DNA of 64,000 nucleotides, taken from Bacteroidia bacterium. Its GTDB lineage: Bacteria; Bacteroidota; Bacteroidia; UBA8524. Below the pieces are notes generated by a model. That model was given only the letters and a program-made list of their open reading frames with translations, made no database searches and was not told the origin of the DNA. The stretch is taken from assembly GCA_965222995.1 (NCBI GenBank), contig OZ244977.1:384152-448151 (forward strand), written 5' to 3'. This document shows, one piece after another, positions 8,630-16,371 of this stretch. The position numbers and the translations under genes are program-made. Within the stretch, counting starts at the first letter, position 1, and every line of letters starts with the position of its first letter.

Positions 8630-11377
8630 CTACTTGGTTACTCCCAGTCTGGCAACGTATAACGTATTTTGAGTTTTAATTGTAACTAAGTACAACCCAC
8701 CGGTAAGGCTGCTTGTATTTATAGTTACGGCATTATTTCCTGTTGATACATTGTTTTGCCAACTTAATATTGTTTTACCTGCTAAATCCATTATTGCTAT
8801 ATCTGCAATTCCATTCTTATTACTATTAAATACGGCTGTAGTATTGCTATTGGTTGGGTTGGGATATAAATTTAATTTACCCTTGGTTAATTCAACAATA
8901 TGAGTTGTTTTTTTAATTAGTGTTACATCTTTAGTGTTAACTTCAAAGTTCCCGTCGTAATCTTTGGGTTTATTTGCATCAATGGTTACTGTATATTCAT
9001 CGCTAGGTTTGCCAAGTTCATCAACTACAACAGTATAATCTCCATAGGCTATGTTGTCAAACTCATAGTTACCGTTTATATCCGTTTTTGCAAATGCAAA
9101 TGGAGAACCATCAGCATTAAACAGTAATACTGTGATTTTTTGTAGTGGGTCTCCAGCTGTTTTGTTTGCACCTTGTTTAACTAAACCACCTATAAAACCG
9201 GCCCCACCGGGGTTGTTGCCTGAACGTAATACTACATCTGTTGAAACACAAGGCTTATTAACAGTAACTTTTTTGGCTTTATCCCAACGTGTTTCTTTAT
9301 CATAATATGTAGGGAGGCGGTTGCTATAAAATGCCGCACCTGAATCCAATGCTGCTTTTATTAAATAATCACCTGAAGGTACATTGTTAAAGCTATAAGT
9401 TGCGTTTGTAGATGAGTTGAAAAAGGCAGAATCTATAGCAGTGAGAATAGTATCATTGGTTAGCGAATCAATGGTTATACTAATTAGCCACACCCTACCT
9501 GAATCTGCTTTTTGATTATTGTTTCTATAGATAGTTCCGTTAATACTATTTAATATGCTAATTGTTTTGCAAACAGTATCTGTACAAGTATTGGCAGTAT
9601 CGGTAGCAATTAAACATACCGTATAGTTACCACCTGTATTGTATGTAGTATTTGGGTTTTTTACAGTTGAAGTTTGCGAGTTACCAAAATCCCAACTAAA
9701 ATTTGTTACTGCTGATGAACTGGTATTAGTAAAAGTTATACTCCCGCATGAGTCAGTATATGTAAAACCTGCGTTCAAATAATCTGAATTAAAAACAACA
9801 TACTTACTTATTGAGTCTTTACAATTATTTAAAGTGTCTTCTGCTATCAGACTTACTAAATATGAAAATCCACAACCCCTTGCATTGTAAGTATGAGAAG
9901 GGGCTTTGAGTACAGAGGTATTTAAGTCCCCAAAATCCCACTTAAATTTATTTGCCGTACTTGAGGATGAGTTAGTAGTATTAAAAGTTGTTCTGTACGT
10001 TGTGTAGGTAAAGTCAGCCTTAAAACCAATACATAGAGAATTATTGTAAGTTGTTATTACTTTACATATTGAATCTTTACAACCACTTATTGTATCGGTA
10101 GCAACAAGGCATACCGTATAAACTCCTCCGGTATTATATATATGAGTTGGGTTTTTAGCAGTTGAAGTTTGTCCGTTACCAAAAGTCCAAGAAAACTTGT
10201 GTGCAGTATTAGAGCCTGTATACGTGAAATGTGCAGTATCAGAACGTATGCTATCACTAAAACTTGCAGAAAAACCGGCACATGGATTAGGAGTGGTTAT
10301 GGTTATTTGTCTGCATATAGAGTCTGAACAGCTATTGATTGTGTCTTGTACAAATAAACATACTGTGTAAACCCCACCTGTATTATATATGTGAGTTGGG
10401 TTTTTTGCAGTAGAAGCTTGTCCATTTCCAAAAGTCCAGAAAAATTTGTTAGCTCTAGAAGAACCATTACTAATAAATGTTGCAGTATCAGTCCTAATAC
10501 TATCAGTAAATGAAGCGTTGAAACCAATACATGGATTAGCGGAAATGACAATATTCTTGCAGGTAGTGTCTCTACAACCATAAACAGTGTCTGATGCAAC
10601 CAAACATACTGTATATGTACCTGAGCTATTATATAATGTGGAGGGATTTTTTGCAGTAGATGTTTTGCCATTTCCAAAGTCCCAATAATAGCTGTTAGTA
10701 TTAGGGGGTGATGTATTAGTGAATACTACAGCTGAGCTTCCAAGAGTATTTGAAAAACTAGCTGTAACCAATGAACAATTGCGTGTTCTGTCTACAGAAC
10801 GGCAAACGGAATCTTTACAACCTTTTATAGTATCAATAGCAACTAAGCAAGCAGTATAGTTTGCATAGGCACTGCTATAATTATGTGCAGGGTGCTTAGC
10901 AGTTGAAGTTTGACCGTCACCAAAGTACCATTTAAATTTATTTGGATTTCCCTGAACTGATAAATTGGTAAATATTGTTCTCTTACCATAAGAAGAGTCT
11001 ATAAAATTAGCTTGTACGTTACATGTATCGCAATATTTAAAGTTAACCTTTAATGTATCGGGTCCTATTTTTAAAGTATCATAAAAACCTTGCTGTGTAA
11101 GCGTATCAAAAGAACTTTTACACCCTATCATATTAACAGTAATAGGGTAATAACCACAAGTGTATGCAATTGAAAGTGAAAAAGAATATTTACCTGAAGT
11201 GTCTGTTAAGGTAGAGTCTTTAATGTTGCAAGTAGATGGTGAGCTGAAAAAGTTTATCCAAACTTTTTGATTTGCTGTCTTTTTATCAATTTGGCCACAT
11301 ACAACAACTGTTCGTTGAGCTTTTAGTGCCATACTTCCTAAAAACAATGTGAAGAGAATTAGTATTAATTTTTTCAT
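8630..11377 (-). CDS. Secreted Cys-rich multi-PKD protein with carboxypeptidase-regulatory-like domains and T9SS CTD
   Basis: Signal peptide, six W.FG.G..ST...P repeats, and a C-terminal LYPNP...GLY.V CTD. Confidence 0.88.
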   Translation of the reverse strand: MKKLILILFTLFLGSMALKAQRTVVVCGQIDKKTANQKVWINFFSSPSTCNIKDSTLTDTSGKYSFSLSIAYTCGYYPITVNMIGCKSSFDTLTQQGFYDTLKIGPDTLKVNFKYCDTCNVQANFIDSSYGKRTIFTNLSVQGNPNKFKWYFGDGQTSTAKHPAHNYSSAYANYTACLVAIDTIKGCKDSVCRSVDRTRNCSLVTASFSNTLGSSAVVFTNTSPPNTNSYYWDFGNGKTSTAKNPSTLYNSSGTYTVCLVASDTVYGCRDTTCKNIVISANPCIGFNASFTDSIRTDTATFISNGSSRANKFFWTFGNGQASTAKNPTHIYNTGGVYTVCLFVQDTINSCSDSICRQITITTPNPCAGFSASFSDSIRSDTAHFTYTGSNTAHKFSWTFGNGQTSTAKNPTHIYNTGGVYTVCLVATDTISGCKDSICKVITTYNNSLCIGFKADFTYTTYRTTFNTTNSSSSTANKFKWDFGDLNTSVLKAPSHTYNARGCGFSYLVSLIAEDTLNNCKDSISKYVVFNSDYLNAGFTYTDSCGSITFTNTSSSAVTNFSWDFGNSQTSTVKNPNTTYNTGGNYTVCLIATDTANTCTDTVCKTISILNSINGTIYRNNNQKADSGRVWLISITIDSLTNDTILTAIDSAFFNSSTNATYSFNNVPSGDYLIKAALDSGAAFYSNRLPTYYDKETRWDKAKKVTVNKPCVSTDVVLRSGNNPGGAGFIGGLVKQGANKTAGDPLQKITVLLFNADGSPFAFAKTDINGNYEFDNIAYGDYTVVVDELGKPSDEYTVTIDANKPKDYDGNFEVNTKDVTLIKKTTHIVELTKGKLNLYPNPTNSNTTAVFNSNKNGIADIAIMDLAGKTILSWQNNVSTGNNAVTINTSSLTGGLYLVTIKTQNTLYVARLGVTK

Positions 11378-11406
11378 GATTACAGTAATTGTTTGTAGTA
11401 GTAAGT

Positions 11407-11429
11407 ACGTAAACTAATTTAGATAGGTT
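11407..11429 (-). promoter_or_regulatory. ECF-type promoter AAC-N17-CGT
   Basis: Minus strand reads cAAC-ctatctaaattagttta-CGTa, about 30 nt before ATG11377. Confidence 0.6.
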
Positions 11430-11451
11430 GGGAACTTAGTAACTAAAGATA

Positions 11452-12372
11452 TTATTTTTTACTTAATTGTTGCGCAACGCTTCGTGGATGATACAACGCT
11501 ATAACCGATTTTAAGTATTCTCTATCTAGGTGGGTATAAATTTCAGTGGTAGTAATACTCTCGTGCCCTAACATTTGTTGTACGGCACGTAAATCCGCTC
11601 CACCTTCTACCAAGCTTGTTGCAAAGGAGTGGCGAAATGTGTGCGGGCTTATTTTCTTCTTAATTCCCACAGTGGCAGCTAACTTTTTAATGATTAAAAA
11701 AATCATTACGCGTGAAAGTCTTCTACCTCTTCGATTCAAGAAAACAATATCTTCCTCTCCATGTTTCGGAGCAATTAGTTTACGGTGGTGATTTATATAT
11801 AGCTCAATACTTTTAATGGCATTTTCTCCAATTGGTACTAAGCGCTCTTTGTTTCCTTTACCTACCACTTTTATAAATTCATCATCAAAAAACAAGTTAC
11901 TTATTTTCAGTTCAACAAGCTCTGTTACACGTAAACCACAACTGTAAAGTGTTTCTAGTATTGCTTTGTTTCTATGTCCTTCAGGCTCACTTAAATCTAT
12001 AGCAGTAAGCATTTTATCAATTTCTTGCACATTAAGTACAACGGGCAGTTTTCTACCCAATTTAGGCATTTCAATCAATTCAGTAGGGTCGGTATCTACT
12101 TCATCTTCAAGCAATAAATATTTATAGAAAGCTCTTATACCTGAGATTATCCTAGCCTGCGAATTGGGTGTCATCCCCAATTCGGTAATCCATTTAAGAA
12201 AGTCTTTAAGGTTATTTGCAGTTACTTCTGAGGGGTTGGGAGACAGCTTGTTTATCTCAAAAAAATAGGTAAGCTTTTCAATATCGTGTTCATAAGCAGC
12301 AATAGAGTTTTGCGATAAAGATTTTTCTAATTGTAAAAACTGTTTAAAACCCTTTATTGTGCTTTGCCACAT
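11452..12372 (-). CDS. xerD: Tyrosine recombinase XerD
   Basis: LYSCGLRVTEL, GKGNKER, HTFRHSFATSL, LGHESITTTEIY. Start moved to ATG12372, 6 nt after TACATTTG (12379-12386). Confidence 0.93.
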   Translation of the reverse strand: MWQSTIKGFKQFLQLEKSLSQNSIAAYEHDIEKLTYFFEINKLSPNPSEVTANNLKDFLKWITELGMTPNSQARIISGIRAFYKYLLLEDEVDTDPTELIEMPKLGRKLPVVLNVQEIDKMLTAIDLSEPEGHRNKAILETLYSCGLRVTELVELKISNLFFDDEFIKVVGKGNKERLVPIGENAIKSIELYINHHRKLIAPKHGEEDIVFLNRRGRRLSRVMIFLIIKKLAATVGIKKKISPHTFRHSFATSLVEGGADLRAVQQMLGHESITTTEIYTHLDREYLKSVIALYHPRSVAQQLSKK

Positions 12373-12416
12373 TAAACACAAATGTAACTAATAGTATTTT
12401 GTGTGCCTATAAACTA

Positions 12417-12442
12417 AAAAGGAGGGCAAAAGCCCTCCTTTT
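12417..12442. terminator. Intrinsic terminator (bidirectional-type) after omp28
   Basis: Perfect hairpin AAAAGGAGGGC-AAAA-GCCCTCCTTTT. Confidence 0.85.
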
Positions 12443-12462
12443 AAAATCTGTTTATTTAAAGT

Positions 12463-13332
12463 TTATTTCACCTTTGTTTCAATTACATGGAGCACTTCTT
12501 CTTCTCTATGCACAAAGAATATAATCTCGCAATTCTCTGCTTTCCACTCAGGTTTTAGCTCTAATGTAAAAGACTTTTCAACTACACGGTTTGCAACAGG
12601 TAAAGTAATGCCTTGTGGTAAAAGTGTTTGCTTAAATGCAGGCATTTCTCTCAATACATGGTCGTGCTCATAGTCAGGTTCTATTTGCCCGGGTTTTGAC
12701 GAAGCCTCATCTTGCTGTGGGCTAATAATTTTGCTTTCGGCAATGGCAATACTAAAAAACGGTGGAGTACCTAAACTATCTGTAAAAACAGCTCTAACTT
12801 TTACTTTTAAATTTCTAGAGCCCTCATCGTACTCATGCTCTATGTATAAGTTTACAGGAGTTTTTTCAGCCAAACGTTGTGTAACGAAAGTTTCCCAAAC
12901 CCCTGCAGTTGATGATTTTAATATTCTATCTACCGTTCCGAAAGGCAACCCTGTGGGGCGACCAACAATATCTAATATTTGTGCTCCGTATTTGGTGCGT
13001 AAGTCTTCTTCACCGGCAAACGGAGTAGTAAACCCTTGGTATTCCGAGCTATGTATTCCCAAAGCACTTACCTTACCCGGATATTTATTTCGCAAGCTTT
13101 TTATAACTCTATGTCCCTTAGGGCAGTTTTTGCATCTAACTCCGGTAAAATCTTCAATTAAAACACCCTTGTTTTGTGCAGTCTCAGGCTGGGTAGTAAT
13201 ATAAGTTGAGTCTGTAAAGCTAACAGCGGGTTTTTCTAATATAATACCGGGATTATCTTCTTTACAAGCTGTAAAAGCTAAAACCAAAGAAAATAATGGT
13301 AACCAATGTTTATATGATAATTTCATGAGCAT
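12463..13332 (-). CDS. Omp28-related outer membrane lipoprotein (thioredoxin-like CxxC)
   Basis: Lipobox FTAC, VLIEDFTGVRCKNCP, Y.H.HVLR. Confidence 0.9.
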   Translation of the reverse strand: MLMKLSYKHWLPLFSLVLAFTACKEDNPGIILEKPAVSFTDSTYITTQPETAQNKGVLIEDFTGVRCKNCPKGHRVIKSLRNKYPGKVSALGIHSSEYQGFTTPFAGEEDLRTKYGAQILDIVGRPTGLPFGTVDRILKSSTAGVWETFVTQRLAEKTPVNLYIEHEYDEGSRNLKVKVRAVFTDSLGTPPFFSIAIAESKIISPQQDEASSKPGQIEPDYEHDHVLREMPAFKQTLLPQGITLPVANRVVEKSFTLELKPEWKAENCEIIFFVHREEEVLHVIETKVK

Positions 13333-13349
13333 CTAATATACATTAAAAG

Positions 13350-13372
13350 ACGTAGTTTTTTAAAATGTTGTT
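13350..13372 (-). promoter_or_regulatory. ECF-type promoter AAC-N17-CGT
   Basis: cAAC-aacattttaaaaaacta-CGTc just upstream of omp28. Confidence 0.5.
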
Positions 13373-15018
13373 GTAACAGCTACCCTAACACCATTAAAAG
13401 CAGGTTCAACACGGCATATACCACCTGTACAATTTACCCCCGCCACTTGTTTTTTATATTCGGCAGTAAAGCGGGTAGTGCCTTGCAGGTATGAAGCAAA
13501 AAAGGTGTAGTAGTGTATTTGTTCTGACGAAATAACTTCTTGTGGGGTGCCGGGAGTACGTACAGGGTCTGTATTTACCATATCACCAACAGCAAATGAA
13601 AGTTTAGGAGCTATATTGTACTCTAAAACAGCATTTACAAAACTACCTTGGTCTCCATCGGTTTGCAGGTACTGCCACTCAAATCTAAGTGATTGTTTAC
13701 GGTTAATCTTATAGTTAAACTCTCCAAAAGGAGTAAGTGTTTCAACATTTGGGGCTAATGAGTTTAACTCATAAATTTTTTGGTTGTAGAATACACTTTG
13801 GAAACCTAATTTCATTTTCCATTTTTTATTAAGTTTCAATAGCATATCTACATAATACTCTCTAAATAATTGAGTTGTTTTTCCCGGTACTACAGCATCA
13901 CTTTGTACGTAAGAGTAGTTCCCTGTAAAAGATACTTTTTTATTAGGCGTCCATATAAAATCAGCTTGTATTCCTTCTTCACCTAGTTCCTGTGCAAAAG
14001 GATTATACCTGGCTAATAATCTGTAGGTATTTTGACGGGTTAAGGCGGGTAAATAAGTAATTATTCCATTAAGCAATAAAGCATTAGGAGAACTTCTAAA
14101 TTGGAAACTCTCTATTTTTCTGGCTTGTACATTTATACCGAAACCTTTTGTAGCAAACGATGCACTTGCCGAATATATTCTTCCATCGCTGCCAAATAAA
14201 TCTGCGGTTAATGCATTACGCAGGGCCTCAGCAGTTTTGTAAGCATACTCAAAGTTTAGGTTCAGCCTTCTAAATATATTTATTGAGGTGTAACCTGTAA
14301 AAGCGTATGTGTTGTATTTAGGAATAAAACGTTCTTCAAGCGGTTTGTTATTTATTTCAGTAACCAAACGGTTCATAGTGGCATCGTCTAACGTACGGTT
14401 AACGGCACCTGCACCAAGATTAAAATTGAAGTTTTTGCTTATTCTAAATCCTTTTTCAGCATTTGCCCCAGAAATTGATTGTCTCGAAAACTCAAAACGG
14501 GTGTCTTCAAGGGTTGTCGGGTCGAAAAACCCTTTTTGATTTCCTGTAAAAGCTTTTACAAAAAAATCATCACTTATCTGATATTTCAGTCTTGCACCTT
14601 GCACAGCATAATCAATACCAATCAAACGGTCTTCAAAAGCACGGAATATTAGCCCTGAACCAATTTGGTCGTAAAAGCTACCCACGGTAATGTTTAAGTT
14701 TCTTATGTCCTTGCTTACACTCCAAAAACCTATACCATGGTTACTATAAGAAGCGAAAGGAGCAAGAAGAGGAGTGTTAGAGAAAAAATCGTAACGTAGA
14801 TTAAAATCAAACCCTCTTACCTTATAATTAAGGAACAAAAAACTCTCGTTACTTGATAATTGCTTGGTGTATTGGGGGGGTAGTTGCCCTAATTTTTCAT
14901 CTTTAATATAGAAGTTGCTGCTGGTTTGAAAGTTGCCCGATAGCTGACCATAATCTTGAGCGAAAGCAGTGCCTACAATAAAAAATAGTAGGGTAGTGGT
15001 TAGTAATTGTTTTAGCAC
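13360..15018 (-). CDS. Outer-membrane beta-barrel protein, DUF6029-like
   Basis: Signal peptide, G.FY.Q.GSGLIFR.FEDR..GID, C-terminal AG..C.GGICR..PAF.G. This family typically sits next to omp28. Confidence 0.8.
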   Translation of the reverse strand: MLKQLLTTTLLFFIVGTAFAQDYGQLSGNFQTSSNFYIKDEKLGQLPPQYTKQLSSNESFLFLNYKVRGFDFNLRYDFFSNTPLLAPFASYSNHGIGFWSVSKDIRNLNITVGSFYDQIGSGLIFRAFEDRLIGIDYAVQGARLKYQISDDFFVKAFTGNQKGFFDPTTLEDTRFEFSRQSISGANAEKGFRISKNFNFNLGAGAVNRTLDDATMNRLVTEINNKPLEERFIPKYNTYAFTGYTSINIFRRLNLNFEYAYKTAEALRNALTADLFGSDGRIYSASASFATKGFGINVQARKIESFQFRSSPNALLLNGIITYLPALTRQNTYRLLARYNPFAQELGEEGIQADFIWTPNKKVSFTGNYSYVQSDAVVPGKTTQLFREYYVDMLLKLNKKWKMKLGFQSVFYNQKIYELNSLAPNVETLTPFGEFNYKINRKQSLRFEWQYLQTDGDQGSFVNAVLEYNIAPKLSFAVGDMVNTDPVRTPGTPQEVISSEQIHYYTFFASYLQGTTRFTAEYKKQVAGVNCTGGICRVEPAFNGVRVAVTTTF

Positions 15019-15041
15019 AGTAGGTTATTTTGTGTTTTTAG

Positions 15042-15064
15042 ACGTTCAATATTATTGAAATGTT
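15042..15064 (-). promoter_or_regulatory. ECF-type promoter AAC-N17-CGT
   Basis: tAAC-atttcaataatattgaa-CGTc, about 25 nt before GTG15018. Confidence 0.6.
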
Positions 15065-15086
15065 ATTGAAAATCCGTGTTTTAACA

Positions 15087-16337
15087 TTAACCAAATAGAA
15101 TTTTAAAATAAAACAACGGATTTTGGAACTTTGCCCGCATGTCTAAATCTTCAAACATGCATGAAATGGTTTCTTGTAAAGTCTTATTTTTTGAAGCTTT
15201 GTTTACTACCATGTTGAACAACCACGGGTATTTACAAAGTTTTTGCATGGTATGGCTAAGTTTTAACTCGCTCCATAAATAACGGTATACATCCTCGTCG
15301 TATGATGCTAATGTGGCGGCACTAAAATTTTTTACTGCTAATCCTTTTTTTACCACCTCAGCTGCAAACCTTCCACATATCATAGCGTTGCCTATACCTT
15401 CACCCGTAAACGGGTCTATTAAGCTTCCCGCATCGCCGGTAAGTAAAAAATTATCTCCGCTTAGCTTTCTTTTTTTAGAGCCTAGGGGTAAGCCCCAGCC
15501 CTGTATTTTACCTTCTAAAGTTGCATTGGCAAAACGAGGGGCTATTTTTTGGTTCTCATTTATTATTTTCAGCATCCCTTCTCGCAAATTCACCTTCTTT
15601 TTACTAGCTGATTTACTTAAGATACCTGCACCAATATTTGCCATTCCGTTAGGCAATGGGAAAATCCAGAAATAACCGGGTAGCAACTCATCTAAAAAAT
15701 GAAGTTCTATATAATTTTGAGGGTGCATACCCTCAACACCTTTGTAGTAAGCTCTTATGCCTGCACAATAATGGTTAGGCTCCATTTTTATGCCCCCAAG
15801 TTTTTTGCCCACAACACTTCTATCGCCTTCAGCACCAATAAGTAGTTTTGTGAAGACAGTGATTTCTTTTCCTTCTTTTTTCAAATGAACTACATGTCCA
15901 TTATCAGCAGTAACAATATCTTTAAGTTCAGTGCCTTGCCAAAAGGTAGCATATTGAGGGCTGATTTTGCTAACCAAAAAATTATCAAAATCTAAACGTT
16001 TCGATATAAAGCCGGGGGCATGTTTTTCTTTACTAATATCACTTTTAAAAGGAATATCTATGTAGTTGTAGTTTGGAGCTACAAACTTTACACCCCAACT
16101 GGGTGTATATTCAGTAGGAATCGTAGCTATTTCTTCAACAATAGAAGGGTCTAGCTTTTTAAATACTTCAACTACTTTTCCGCTTAGTGCATCACCACAA
16201 ATTTTATCTCTGGGGAAAGTAGCTTTATCAATGATAATGTGCTCTATACCCTCTTTTGCCAGAAAAAGAGAAGTAGTTGCTCCGGCAGGTCCTGCGCCTG
16301 CTATTAAAACATCGGTTGTATAATCGTAAGTGCTGAT
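15087..16337 (-). CDS. Geranylgeranyl reductase-family FAD oxidoreductase; longer than the ORF track, probable ATC start
   Basis: Hand translation extends the frame 120 codons upstream of 15977: (I)STYDYTTDVLIAGAGPAG...FPRDKICGDALS...RLDFDNFL. Downstream motifs include GYFWIFP and GDAGSLIDPFTGEGI. Confidence 0.85.
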   Translation of the reverse strand: MSTYDYTTDVLIAGAGPAGATTSLFLAKEGIEHIIIDKATFPRDKICGDALSGKVVEVFKKLDPSIVEEIATIPTEYTPSWGVKFVAPNYNYIDIPFKSDISKEKHAPGFISKRLDFDNFLVSKISPQYATFWQGTELKDIVTADNGHVVHLKKEGKEITVFTKLLIGAEGDRSVVGKKLGGIKMEPNHYCAGIRAYYKGVEGMHPQNYIELHFLDELLPGYFWIFPLPNGMANIGAGILSKSASKKKVNLREGMLKIINENQKIAPRFANATLEGKIQGWGLPLGSKKRKLSGDNFLLTGDAGSLIDPFTGEGIGNAMICGRFAAEVVKKGLAVKNFSAATLASYDEDVYRYLWSELKLSHTMQKLCKYPWLFNMVVNKASKNKTLQETISCMFEDLDMRAKFQNPLFYFKILFG

Positions 16338-16341
16338 GCGG

Positions 16342-16349
16342 CAAAAATA
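16342..16349 (-). promoter_or_regulatory. -7 element TATTTTTG, 4 nt before the ATC codon
   Basis: Minus strand reads TATTTTTG-ccgc-ATC. Confidence 0.65.
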
Positions 16350-16371
16350 GTTTTTTGCAAGCTTTGTAATA

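Noticed and set aside
11452-12372. Tyrosine recombinase as a sign of a mobile element
   Set aside because: Length and motifs fit chromosomal XerD, with no att repeats or cargo nearby.
14874-14880. G7 tract near the 5' end of the DUF6029-like gene as a phase-variation site
   Set aside because: It is short, in frame and explained by Pro-Pro codons. There is no evidence of slippage.
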